Position numbers and translations under genes: made by a program | Shown: in pieces, positions 1 to 10,200 of the stretch | Layout of the letters: the number at the start of each line of letters is the position of its first letter | Position numbering within the stretch: the stretch's first letter is position 1 | Source: Coleofasciculus sp. B1-GNL1-01 | GTDB lineage: Bacteria; Cyanobacteriota; Cyanobacteriia; Cyanobacteriales; Coleofasciculaceae | Assembly (NCBI GenBank): GCA_040220235.1 | Contig: JAVJTO010000080.1 | Length of the DNA: 57,968 nucleotides | Strand: one strand, 5' to 3' | The notes under the pieces: model-generated | Told to the model about the DNA's origin: nothing | Database searches by the model: none | The model's input: the letters and a program-made list of their open reading frames with translations, nothing else

Positions 1-1
1 A

Positions 2-1930
2 CAAAATAAGCCTTCAGCCTTAGAGACGCTCTGCACAATCTGTAAGCTTTCTCCCTTTGATCAATATATCCTCTTGTTGTGCGTCGGGATGGAATTAGAC
101 AGAAAATTTAAAGTCTTGTGTGCCAAATTTCATGGTCATCCAGACCAAAATCATCCGACTCTGAATTTAGCGTTTGCTACATTTAGTGATGCTAATTTAC
201 GTGTTTTCTCTTCCAAATCTCCCTTAGAATACTGGGGACTGATTGAAAGTGGTGATAGTCAAACGCTCTCTCACTCTCCTCTACGCATTAATCGGCGCAT
301 TTTCTGCTATCTATTAGGTGAACCCTGCGAGGATGATGACTTGATTGGTCTCCTCAAACCTGTACCCCATTTTCCTCCATCTTCTCTTCCCCCGTCCTAC
401 CAAAAACTCACCGAGCAACTCATCGCTACTTGGTCTCAGAAAACACCGACATCTATCTTTCCTATCGTTCAATTGTGTGGTGCTGAACTAGGCGCAAAAC
501 ATACCATTGCTGCTGCTGGCTGTAGTGCTTTGGGTTTGCATCTGAACTTCATTTCAGCGTCCCAACTTCCCCTTAATCCCCATGAACTCTATCAATTAAA
601 ACAGCGGTGTTTACGGGAAGCTATATTAACCAACAGCGCCCTTTTACTCACCTGTGATGAATTGAATCAAACCGATGGGATGCGAGAGTTGGCTATCTCT
701 CAGTTCGTTGAAGATTTAAATCTGCCTTTAATTCTTAGCACTCAAGAACGACAACCACAAAACCAGCGCCCGATGATTACGTTGGATGTGGGTCAACTAA
801 GTCACAGGGAACAAAAGTTAATTTGGGAGTCGTATCTCGGTTCAACGGCGTCAGAATTAAATGGACAACTCGATACGCTAGTATCTCATTTTAATCTCAA
901 TCCTCTAGCCATTCAAGTCGCTTGTTTATCGCTGGAAGGGATGGAGTTTCCTCCAGTCAAAACCGAGCAACCTAAGGAGAAAGAACCGGAGAAACCTGCT
1001 TCCTCTTCAAGGCGTACTCGCAAATCTAAAAGCCAAACCTCAAAACCAAAAATAGAGAATCCTTTTTCTCCATTGCAAACTCACTTATGGGATTTCTGTC
1101 GCACTCAAGCGCGTCCCCGATTAGATGATTTAGCACAACGGATTGATGCTGTAGCGACTTGGGAGGAATTGATTTTACCTGAACGAGAAAAAAATACATT
1201 ACAGGAGATTGCGGCTCATGTTCGACAACGAGCGAAAGTTTATCAAGAGTGGGGATTTGCGGGAAAAGGAGGACGTGGTTTAGGGGTTAGCGCTCTATTT
1301 TCTGGACCCAGTGGTACGGGGAAAACGATGGCGGCGGAGGTATTGGCAAAGGAATTACGCCTTGATGTCTATCGGATTGATTTGAGTGCGGTGGTGAGTA
1401 AATATATTGGCGAAACGGAAAAGAATTTGCGGCGAATTTTTGATGCAGCGGAAACGGGTGGGGTGATTTTACTGTTTGATGAAGCGGATGCTTTGTTTGG
1501 CAAACGAACTCAAGTGAAAGATTCCCATGACCGCCATGCGAATGTGGAAGTGAGTTATTTATTGCAACGGATGGAAGCCTATCAAGGGTTGGCAATTTTG
1601 ACGACAAATCTGTTGGAATCATTAGACCAAGCGTTCCTGCGTCGGATTAATTTTTCGGTTAAATTTCCCTTTCCTGATGCTGAGGCTAGAACTGAGATTT
1701 GGCAGCACATTTTTCCTGAAGAGACACCAACGAAAAACTTGGATATGAAAAAGTTGGGTAAGGTGAATATGGCGGGCGGAAATATCCGCAATATTGCCTT
1801 AAATGCGGCGTTTTTAGCTGCTGATGCGGGAGAACCTGTGATGATGAAACATATTTTACAAGCGACTAAAAGTGAATCTCTTAAGTTGGGGAGAATCTTG
1901 ACCGATGTAGAAATCAGGGGCTGGGTTTGA
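2..1930 (+). CDS. AAA+ ATPase, 5'-partial; resembles the ATPase of contractile injection system loci (Afp15/Pvc15-like)
   Basis: Frame is open from base 2 (QNKPSALETLCTICKLSPFDQYILLLCVGMELD), so the true start lies upstream of the window. Walker A GPSGTGKT, Walker B LLFDEAD, VVSKYIGETEKNL, DRHANVEVSYLLQRME, GGNIRNIALNAA. Confidence 0.85.
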   Translation, partial: QNKPSALETLCTICKLSPFDQYILLLCVGMELDRKFKVLCAKFHGHPDQNHPTLNLAFATFSDANLRVFSSKSPLEYWGLIESGDSQTLSHSPLRINRRIFCYLLGEPCEDDDLIGLLKPVPHFPPSSLPPSYQKLTEQLIATWSQKTPTSIFPIVQLCGAELGAKHTIAAAGCSALGLHLNFISASQLPLNPHELYQLKQRCLREAILTNSALLLTCDELNQTDGMRELAISQFVEDLNLPLILSTQERQPQNQRPMITLDVGQLSHREQKLIWESYLGSTASELNGQLDTLVSHFNLNPLAIQVACLSLEGMEFPPVKTEQPKEKEPEKPASSSRRTRKSKSQTSKPKIENPFSPLQTHLWDFCRTQARPRLDDLAQRIDAVATWEELILPEREKNTLQEIAAHVRQRAKVYQEWGFAGKGGRGLGVSALFSGPSGTGKTMAAEVLAKELRLDVYRIDLSAVVSKYIGETEKNLRRIFDAAETGGVILLFDEADALFGKRTQVKDSHDRHANVEVSYLLQRMEAYQGLAILTTNLLESLDQAFLRRINFSVKFPFPDAEARTEIWQHIFPEETPTKNLDMKKLGKVNMAGGNIRNIALNAAFLAADAGEPVMMKHILQATKSESLKLGRILTDVEIRGWV

Positions 1931-1951
1931 TGGTATCTAAAGAAACCCCAT

Positions 1952-2014
1952 GCAAGAGGAGGCGATTGAAATCGCTGCTACACAAACCAAGTCCGCCTGC
2001 GCGGACTAGATTAT
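1952..2014 (+). repeat. ~63-bp dispersed repeat; inverted copy at ~50452-50514, partial copy at ~57724-57765
   Basis: GCAAGAGGAGGCGATTGAAATCGCTGCTACACAAACCAAGTCCGCCTGCGCGGACT matches the reverse complement at 50460-50514. Two internal hairpins. Confidence 0.85.
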
Positions 2015-2203
2015 ACAGCAGTTTGCTCTGCTATGCGGTACATTGTCGATCCCCCTAAATCCCCGTGCAATAAAAGCGAAGCATCCTCTGGTTTCCCCAT
2101 GCAAAATAGGAGGACACGATAGTATAGAAACCTACAATAGGAATGACTTTATGGGTTGAAAATCAAGCATTTTATGGCACTAAAGTGCTTACTACAAACA
2201 GGT

Positions 2204-2983
2204 CTATTCAGGAAATTTTTGCTCAGATGAGGCTATGGTTTTAATTGTCTCGATTCCCCATTCTGCTAAGGGGTGATTGAGGGTGACTAAATAGTCCCAT
2301 CCTTGGCGATACATGAGTAGTAATTCAGCCAGGTTTTGCTTTTCTGTATCGTCCCCAGCCGCTTGTTGTAAAATTTCTGCTAATAATTCTGGCGAATTTA
2401 AGTTTAATATAGTATCATTGAGGTTAGCTCCACTCAGGTTAGCCCCACTGAAATTAGCGTCCTGCAAATTAGCCTGACTGAGATTCGCGCCAGTCAAATT
2501 AGCGCCGACTAAACGCGCATGACTTAAGTCGGCTTCACTCAAATTTGCCTCACTTAAATTTGTCAGGCTCAATTCACTCCAACTGAGGTTTGCTTTATAT
2601 AAATTGGTCTGACTCAAATCAGCGTTAATCAAGTTGGCGTTGCTCAGATTCGCTCCAACTATTGTAATACCAGTTAGTTTAGCTGCGATTACTTGAGCGC
2701 CGATGAGTTTTGCTCCGCTGAGATTGGCGTTAATTAAATTGGCTTCTATTAGGATGGCATCGGTTAAATTGGTGGCAACTAAGATAGCGCCACTGAGGTT
2801 AGTATTTAGGAATAGGGTTTGACTTAAGTTTGAGCCAAATAAAAGTGTGTTGCTCAAATCAGCATGGCTGAAGTTCGCGTCTTGGAGTCTTTCAGCGATT
2901 AGTGTTGCACCCTGTAAGTTTATGCCGGAAAAGTTGCGTTGATTTTGGCTATATTGCTGAAGCAGTTGATTTTCTGTGTCCAT
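2204..2983 (-). CDS. Pentapeptide repeat protein with short C-terminal helical domain
   Basis: Long A(D/N)LxX array after the typical 'LLQQYSQNQRNFSGINL' start. Confidence 0.92.
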   Translation of the reverse strand: MDTENQLLQQYSQNQRNFSGINLQGATLIAERLQDANFSHADLSNTLLFGSNLSQTLFLNTNLSGAILVATNLTDAILIEANLINANLSGAKLIGAQVIAAKLTGITIVGANLSNANLINADLSQTNLYKANLSWSELSLTNLSEANLSEADLSHARLVGANLTGANLSQANLQDANFSGANLSGANLNDTILNLNSPELLAEILQQAAGDDTEKQNLAELLLMYRQGWDYLVTLNHPLAEWGIETIKTIASSEQKFPE

Positions 2984-3103
2984 TTTTAGTAATGAGTTAT
3001 GACTTACGAATAAGAACGGGTTTAGCTACAGGAAGCCCAGACAATTGACCCTTCGAGACTTTTGAGGACAGGCTTATGATTTATCCTGATGATTGGTGTC
3101 TTG

Positions 3104-3165
3104 GTGTCAACTTAGGCTACAGCCCTCACCCCCAACCCCTCTCCCAAGCTTGGGAGAGGGGAGCA
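3104..3165 (+). repeat. CCCTCACCCCCAACCCCTCTCCC...GGGAGAGGGG palindromic dispersed repeat
   Basis: Hairpin CCCCTCTCCCAAGCTTGGGAGAGGGG. Same GTGTCAACTTA leader as the element at 5696. Confidence 0.75.
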
Positions 3166-3303
3166 AGAGATGCTAATCCATCAAATTAGGGACTTGCGAC
3201 TTAATAATGTACCAAGGAAGTTTGGCTAAGTTCATGAATTCAGCTTTCCTCACTGGTACTTTATTTTTACGCAGCTCCCTTAGGTGTGCCGAGCTACTAT
3301 TTT

Positions 3304-4308
3304 TTATGCAATCTGCAAGGCGATTTTTCCGGTGGTTGATCCTGATTCTATAGCTTGATGAGCGCTAACGGCGTCGGGGAGGGGAAGGGTTTGAGAGAGG
3401 TGAATGTTTAGTTTGCCTTCATCTATCCATTGGGCGCATTGTTCGAGAATCTCGGTTTGGTGTTCTTGGGCGGCTACTAATCCTTGGAGTGTCGGTGTTA
3501 GCATGAGTTCTAAGCTAATCCGCAGATTTCGCGATCGCGCTGTTTTCAATTTCCCGATACTATAGTCAGGTTCGAGGATGGTGACTAAATCCCCGTAGAC
3601 TTTCACGGCGGGAACGGTGTCATAAAAGGTTTGACCGCCAACGGTATCAAAGGCAACATCTACACCCTTTCCCTCTGTCCAATCTAAGGCGGCTTGGGCA
3701 AAGTCGGTTTGTGTGTAAAGGATGGGTTGGTCTGCACCTAATTGTCGCACTAATCGGGCTTTTTCTTGGGAACTCACCGTGGTGCAAACATCAGCCCCTT
3801 TGATTTTGGCAAGCTGAATGGCAACATGTCCCACACCACCCGCACCGCCATGAATCAGCGCTGTTTGTCCGGCTTCTAAGCGCCCTCGGTCATATAAGGC
3901 TTCCCAGGCGGTAATTAGCACTAAGGGCGCGGCGGCGGCTTCTGTAAATGATAAGGATTTGGGTTTTCGGGCGACCCAACGTTCATCAACAACCGTGAGT
4001 TCGGCATAATTCCCTGTACCCGATTTTCCTAATCCGCCCGCACAGAAATACACCTCATCGCCAACCTGAAATCGGCTGACAGCAGACCCTACGGCTTCCA
4101 CGACACCCGCCCCATCACAGCCTAAAATGGCAGGCATATCGTCGGGATAGAATGTGCCACGGTTTCGCAGTTTGGTGTCGATGGGGTTAACCCCGGCGGC
4201 GTGGAGTCGTACTAATATGTCTCTCTCGGTTTGCAGTTTCGGTTCGGGTACGTCCTGCAATTGCAGCACCTCTGGCTTACCCGGAGTAGTCATGACGACG
4301 GCTTTCAT
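3304..4308 (-). CDS. MDR-family (zinc-binding ADH fold) NADPH:quinone oxidoreductase-like protein
   Basis: AAGVNPID, ILGCDGAGVV, HGGAGGVG nucleotide-binding motif, C-terminal TTGKIAL. Confidence 0.92.
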   Translation of the reverse strand: MKAVVMTTPGKPEVLQLQDVPEPKLQTERDILVRLHAAGVNPIDTKLRNRGTFYPDDMPAILGCDGAGVVEAVGSAVSRFQVGDEVYFCAGGLGKSGTGNYAELTVVDERWVARKPKSLSFTEAAAAPLVLITAWEALYDRGRLEAGQTALIHGGAGGVGHVAIQLAKIKGADVCTTVSSQEKARLVRQLGADQPILYTQTDFAQAALDWTEGKGVDVAFDTVGGQTFYDTVPAVKVYGDLVTILEPDYSIGKLKTARSRNLRISLELMLTPTLQGLVAAQEHQTEILEQCAQWIDEGKLNIHLSQTLPLPDAVSAHQAIESGSTTGKIALQIA

Positions 4309-4310
4309 TG

Positions 4311-4363
4311 CTTTGTCCTTTGTCTGTTCTTTGTCATTTGTCCTTTGTCATTTGTCCTTTGTC
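4311..4363 (+). repeat. Degenerate heptamer tandem repeat TTTGTC(A/C) (STRR2-like)
   Basis: About 7 imperfect units directly upstream of the oxidoreductase start. Confidence 0.8.
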
Positions 4364-4467
4364 AAGGAATAGGGAATTTTTTTCAAAAACGGTAACATAT
4401 AGATACAAAATATCTCCTCTGATGCCTGATAACTTATCTGACTTTTCACGGGAAGTCTAGAAACTAT

Positions 4468-4563
4468 TGTAGAGACGCGCCATGGCGCGTCTGGGCGGGT
4501 TTAGTTACATCAGGTTGCAACCGAAAAGATAGTTGTAGAGACGTTGCATGCAACGTCTCTACA
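4468..4563. repeat. Cluster of GTAG-led palindromes (REP-like)
   Basis: GTAGAGACGCGCCATGGCGCGTCT and GTAGAGACGTTGCATGCAACGTCTCTAC. Related copy at ~7104-7128. Confidence 0.8.
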
Positions 4564-4588
4564 ACTGACTTCCGCCTAGCGTTACTAG

Positions 4589-5599
4589 CTATTTATACTT
4601 AATTCTCGGATCAACTAGCGCATAGGAAATATCAACAACAAGATTAACTAGGACAAAGATAACTGAGACGACAACGACGCCACCTTGAACAACAGGATAG
4701 TCTCGTGCCAAAATTCCTTCGTAAATCCAGGAACCGATTCCGGGCCACGAGAAGATAGTTTCGGTTAAAATAGCACCGCCTAAAAGTGTACCAAATTGCA
4801 ACCCAATAATTGTCACCACAGGCAACAGAGCATTTTTTAATCCATGGCGAAGAATCACCCAATGTTCAGGAATGCCTTTTGCCCTAGCAGTGCGAATATA
4901 GTCCTGGGAGAGAACCTCTAACAGAGACGAACGAGTAATTCGCGCTAAAATGGCTAAGGGAATTGTGCCGAGAGTTAGAGCGGGTAAAATGAGGTGAGAT
5001 AGGACATCTTTTAATAGGTTTACATCCAATTTTAGAATCGCATCGAAAAGGTAAAATCCGGTAATCGGTTGAAAGGTTAATCCGGCTTCAATACTAATCC
5101 GTCCACTGGGGGGAAACCAGTTCAAGGTAATGGCGAACAGGTAAATTAACAGTAATCCCAGCCAATAGACAGGCATGGAAACCCCTAGTAATGAGCCAAC
5201 CATGGTTATGTTATCGGCAGGACGATTCTTGTAAACCGCCGCTAAAATGCCAGCCGGGATTCCCAGAATGACGGCGACTATCATAGCGGCTAAGGATAAT
5301 TCAAAGGTGGCGGGAAAGCGAGTTTTAATTTCATCGATAATCGGAATACCACTGATAATACTGGTGCCGAAGTCGAGATGGAGTAGATTGTTGATAAAGG
5401 TGAGGTATTGCAGGGGTAGGGGTTGATTTAAACCGAGTTGTTCCCGTAAGGCTTCTACCTGTTCAGGGGTGGCGCGTTCTCCTAGCAGAACTGTTGCAGG
5501 ATCACCGGGGATTAGGTGGAGGAAGAGAAAGACTAATAGGGTAATACCCAGGAGAACAGGTAACAGGTTGAGTAGACGCTTGATGATATAGTGAGCCAT
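4589..5599 (-). CDS. dppB: Dipeptide/oligopeptide ABC transporter permease (DppB-like)
   Basis: IPGDPA, DYIRTARAKG EAA loop, GAILTETIFSWPGIG, RDYPVVQG. Confidence 0.93.
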   Translation of the reverse strand: MAHYIIKRLLNLLPVLLGITLLVFLFLHLIPGDPATVLLGERATPEQVEALREQLGLNQPLPLQYLTFINNLLHLDFGTSIISGIPIIDEIKTRFPATFELSLAAMIVAVILGIPAGILAAVYKNRPADNITMVGSLLGVSMPVYWLGLLLIYLFAITLNWFPPSGRISIEAGLTFQPITGFYLFDAILKLDVNLLKDVLSHLILPALTLGTIPLAILARITRSSLLEVLSQDYIRTARAKGIPEHWVILRHGLKNALLPVVTIIGLQFGTLLGGAILTETIFSWPGIGSWIYEGILARDYPVVQGGVVVVSVIFVLVNLVVDISYALVDPRIKYK

Positions 5600-5695
5600 T
5601 TTCGGGTTTAACGTTTTTCACCTCAATTCTTTATCCTATAATGGTTTTTACGATGACTTAAGCGGGTTTTGTAGTAGGTACTTTAGTGCCCATCC

Positions 5696-6174
5696 GTGTC
5701 AACTTAAGCTCAACCCCTCACCCCTAACCCCTTTCCATCCCCCCTCGTTCCCCCCTACTCACAAGGGTAGGTTTTTTAAGATTGGGGTTTAGGCAAGACC
5801 AGGAAGACAGGTAGACCAGTAGACAAGGAAGAGTGAGAACGAAAAATAGGGCGTTTCGGCTTTTAGAAGTTAGTTTGACCGAACCGAATTTTGTACGGTT
5901 TTTCCCCCTTGTCTTCTTTCCTTCCTTGTCCTCCTTGTCTTGTCCCAACCATAAAATAAAAAACCTACACCTGTCAGGTTCCCCCCTACCCCCCTCGTTC
6001 CCTCCTTCGCTTTTTTGGCAAGGGGGAGGGGAGTAAGAGAATCTGGTTCCCCTTCTCCCACCCCCCTCGTTCCCCCCTACGAAGAGGGGGGAAGACAGCG
6101 GATGCTTCGCTTTTTTTGCACGGGAGAAGGGGTTAGGGGATGAGGGGGAAAATTTGAGCCATCAGTGTCAACTT
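5696..6174. repeat. Composite/nested small-repeat region with terminal inverted repeats (MITE-like)
   Basis: CCCCTCACCCCTAACCCCT (5714-5732) is inverted to AGGGGTTAGGGGATGAGGGG (6128-6147). Three internal CCCCCCTCGTTCCC units. GTGTCAACTT at both ends (5696, 6165). Confidence 0.65.
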
Positions 6175-6393
6175 TAAGTGCGATCGCATCTGTGTCTGTC
6201 GTTCTGAGTCGAGTTCGAGGCTAAAAGCGCAAGTCGTCTAAAGATGACTCAAATTCTTATAGAAACAACCCCAACAGTTAGACACGTCTGTCTACATCGA
6301 AACGCTTTGGCTATACCCTAGTTATTAGACGAGGAGAAGAAAATGCCGTGAATGTTTTAATTGGCAACCGGAAATGATAGGAAAAGAATTACT

Positions 6394-6633
6394 ATGACCA
6401 CCGAATATCACGTCAAACTGATTCAAACCGGAAATACCCAAACCCTAACCATTCCCCAAGACTTAACTCTATCTACAACAGATGTCACCATCCGCCAAGA
6501 AGACGGCAAACTGATTATCGAACCCTACCAGAAAAAATCCCTCCTCTGTGTTCTCGCCACTCTCGAACCCCTAGATGAAGACTTTCCCAATGTTGACGCA
6601 GGAGTATTACCCCTAGACGATATCGAAGTTTAA
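6394..6633 (+). CDS. vapB: AbrB/MazE-fold antitoxin (VapB/VagC-like)
   Basis: GNTQTLTIP...IRQEDGKLIIEP swapped-hairpin pattern plus acidic tail. ATG 6394 preferred over TTG 6361. Confidence 0.8.
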   Translation: MTTEYHVKLIQTGNTQTLTIPQDLTLSTTDVTIRQEDGKLIIEPYQKKSLLCVLATLEPLDEDFPNVDAGVLPLDDIEV

Positions 6634-6663
6634 AAAGACGCGCCTTGGTTTCTCTCTACGGAT

Positions 6664-6792
6664 ATGGATTACTGCTATTTATTAGATACGAACATCATTT
6701 CAGAATTAGTGCGATCGCAGATCTTGTCGGGTGCGTTAATGAAATGTAACGCACCCTGTATAGTGCGATCGCATCTGTATCTGTCGTCCTGA
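6664..6792 (+). pseudogene. vapC: Truncated PIN-domain toxin (VapC) fragment
   Basis: Not in the ORF track. Translates MDYCYLLDTNIISELVRS, the canonical PIN start, 30 bp after the antitoxin. After HIP1 6711-6718 it runs into repeat DNA and stops at 42 aa. Confidence 0.8.
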
Positions 6793-6800
6793 GTCGAGTT

Positions 6801-7084
6801 CGAGGCTCAAAGCGTCCTTAGTCGAGGCTCAAAGCGTCCTCGGCGAGGCTCAAAGCGTCCTCGGCGAGGCTCAAAGCGTCCTTAGTCGAGGCTCAAAGCG
6901 TCCTCGGCGAGGCTCAAAGCGTCCTTAGTCAAGGCTCTAAGCGTCATGGGCGAGGCTTAGAGCGTCCTTAGTCAAGGCTCTAAGCGTCATGGGCGAGGCT
7001 TAGAGCGTCCTTAGTCGAGGCTCAAAGCGTCATGGGCGAGGCTCAAAGCGTCATGGGCGAGGCTCAGAGCGTCCTTAGTCGAGG
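6801..7084 (+). repeat. Tandem array of 13 units of 21/22 bp, consensus CGAGGCTCAAAGCGTC(CTTAGT|CTCGG|ATGGG)
   Basis: Units counted directly. No unique spacers. Confidence 0.92.
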
Positions 7085-7271
7085 GTCTATTGGCGTCATA
7101 TTAAGACGTTCCGGCGGAACGTCTCTACCATCATGATGCTTACCGTCACCCCATCACCCCACACTGGCAAGAATTCAAAGCCTCTCTCCTTGCAGGAGAG
7201 AGGTTTGGAGAGAGGTTTCCCCCTCTGTCTTTTGCTATACCATAGTTAGCATCTCCTGTCTCAATTCCCCC

Positions 7272-10200
7272 ATGGATGAACAACGCCAACACGCCTATCT
7301 AACCCTGATTACTGCCCTATTAACCTGTCCCAATAGTGAGGAAGGGCAGATTTTACAGGATAACGCTGAGTTAGTGGATGCCGGGTTGGTGGAAACCATG
7401 GCACAGGTGGCGGAAGCGTTAGCAGAGAGGGGCGATGAAAATGCGGCACAGTTTTTAATCGGAATGGCGAATCAGTTAGGGGAATTTTTGGGATTATCTG
7501 ACTCAACGGCTACTCCTGAAGCTCAACTGCGCTTTCTGCTTGAAGTATTACAAGCAACGTCAGATAGTAGAGGTAATCCGCAAGTTGTCTATCCCCTCCT
7601 CCAGCAAAACCTGCATCTATTGGATGATAACTTTGCCCGGATATTGTATAACTGGGCAACCGCAAAACTGGCAGAGGTGAAACCCGCACAAGCTAGAAGC
7701 ATTGCTGTAGATATTGTCGGATTCAGTAATCTGATCCAGGATTTCCCTCTAGGGAGTCAAGCCACTAACCTGGAAATCGCGATTACAGGTTGTCAAGTAG
7801 CACTGACTCTCTTTACCCGCGAGAATCACTCAAAAAATTGGGCAACCCTTCAAAATAATCTGGGGAATGCCTACTGTGACAGAATCAGGGGAGAGAGGGC
7901 AGAGAATATGGAAAATGCGATCGCATCCTTTCAAGCCGCCCTTGAAGTAAGAACCCGTGAAGCCTTTCCCAGGGACTGGGCAACCCTTCAAAATAATCTG
8001 GGGACTGCCTACTTTGACAGAATTCGGGGAGAGAGGGCAGAGAATATCGAAAGTGCGATCATATCTTATCAAGCCGCCCTTGAAGTAAGAACCCGTGACG
8101 CCTTTCCCAGCCACTGGGCAGGTACGCAATATAATCTGGGGAATGCCTACTATCAGAGAATCAGGGGAGAGAGGGCAGAAAATATCGAAACTGCGATCGC
8201 ATCCTTTCAAGCCGCCCTGGAAGTCTACACCCGTGACGCCTTTCCTAGCCAATGGGCAATGACGCAACATAATCTGGGGACTGCCTACTATCAGAGAATC
8301 CGGGGAGGGAGGGCAGAAAATATCGAAACTGCGATCATATCTTATCAAGCCGCCCTGGAAGTCTACACCCGTGACGCCTTTCCCAGCGACTGGGCAAGAA
8401 CGCAACATAATCTGGGGAATGCCTACCATCAGAGAATCCGGGGAGAGAAGGCTGAGAATATGGAAAGTGCGATCGCATCCTATCAAGCCGCCCTTCAAGT
8501 CAGAACCCGTGACGCCTTTCCTAGCCAATGGGCAGCTACGCAAAATAGTCTGGGGAATGCCTACTATCAGAGAATCCGGGGAGAGAGGGCAGAGAATATC
8601 GAAACTGCGATCACATCTCTTCAAGCCGCCCTAGACGTCTATACCCGTGACGCCTTTCCCAGCGACTGGGCAATGACGCAAAATAGTCTGGGGAATGCCT
8701 ACTATCAGAGAATCCGGGGAGAGAGGGCAGAGAATATCGAAACTGCGATCGCATCCTATCAAGCCGCCCTAGACGTCTATACCCGTGACGCCTTTCCCAG
8801 CGACTGGGCAATGACGCAAAATAATCTGGGGATTGCCTACAGTGGAAGAATTCGGGGGGAGAGGGTTGAGAATATCGAAACTGCGATCGCATCCTTTCAA
8901 GCCGCCCTAGATGTCTACACCCGTCAAGCCTTTCCTAACAACTGGGCAATGACGCAAAATAATCTGGGGACTGCCTACAGAAACAGAATCCGGGGAGGGG
9001 GTGCTAAGAATATCGAAACTGCGATCGCATCCTTTCAAGCCGCCCTTGAAGTCTACACCCGTGAAGCTTTACCCCAAAACCATGTTACAACCCAATTTAA
9101 CCTAGGACGTGCCTACCGAGACGCTCAACAATGGGACAACGCCTATCATGCCTTTGCCGCAGCGATTGATACCGTCGAATCCCAGAGAGTCGAGATTAGT
9201 TTAGGTACGGCTAATGATGCCGATAAACAGAAACTAGCGGAAGAATGGAATACACTCTATCGCAATATGATTGAAGTCTGTCTAGAATTAGCCAACAATA
9301 CCCAAGCCTGGGAATACATCGAACGCAGCAAAACCCGGAATCTGCTAGAACGCCTCGCCACCCGTAACCTATACCCAAAAGGCAAGATTCCCAAAGCTGA
9401 ACGCCATCAACTGCAACAGCTAAGACAGGAAATAGAGGTCGAACAACGTCGCCTTGCTGCTGATACCACACCCAATTACACCCACCTGAATCAACTGCGT
9501 CAGCAATATAATCAGCTTTTCCCCTTTGAACCCATTCGTTTTAACCAAATCCAAACTCTCCTAGATAACCAAACGGCAATTATCCAGTGGTATATCTTTG
9601 AGGATTGTTTTCGTGCCTTCATCATCACCCGCCACAATCCTCAACCAATCATTTGGAAGTCTTCCGCTGACGATCTGAAAAAATTAATAAAATGGACAAA
9701 TGCCTATCTACGCCTCTACTACCGGAAAAATAGTTCATGGTGGCAACATCAACTAGAGTCTCGCCTGGAAAAACTAGCGGACATTCTGCATATTGATCAC
9801 ATTCTCTCCCACATTCCTGAACCCTGTAATCAGCTCATCCTAGTTCCCCATCTCTACCTGCACTTACTGCCGATTCATGCCCTACCCGTTAGCCCGAAAA
9901 CACCACTTATTCAATCCCGCACTAATCCTTATCTTTTAGACTGTTTCCCCAAAGGGGTTCGCTATGCGCCAAGTTGCCAACTCCTACAGCAAACATCTCA
10001 TCGCCGTCAATTTCAGCACTTCTTCGGCATTCAAAATCCCCGACGAGATGATCCAGAGAGAAATCTAGTTTGTGCCGATATGGAAGTTGAAGCCATCCGG
10101 AAACACTTTTCCAGCTATCAAATTCTAGCGGGTTCAGACGCCAAAAAATCGGCACTCTTAATCGAAGATGAAAACACCCAAGACATCAAGGTATGGGACA

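Noticed and set aside
5724..6061. Three short overlapping ORFs
   Set aside because: They lie within nested palindromic repeats and show no protein-like features.
6801..7084. Possible CRISPR array
   Set aside because: Units abut with only 5-6 nt recurring tails. There are no unique 30-40 nt spacers and no cas genes.
7830..8892. Antisense and alternate-frame ORFs (264, 87, 93 aa) in the CHAT gene
   Set aside because: Shadows of the 138-bp repeat array.
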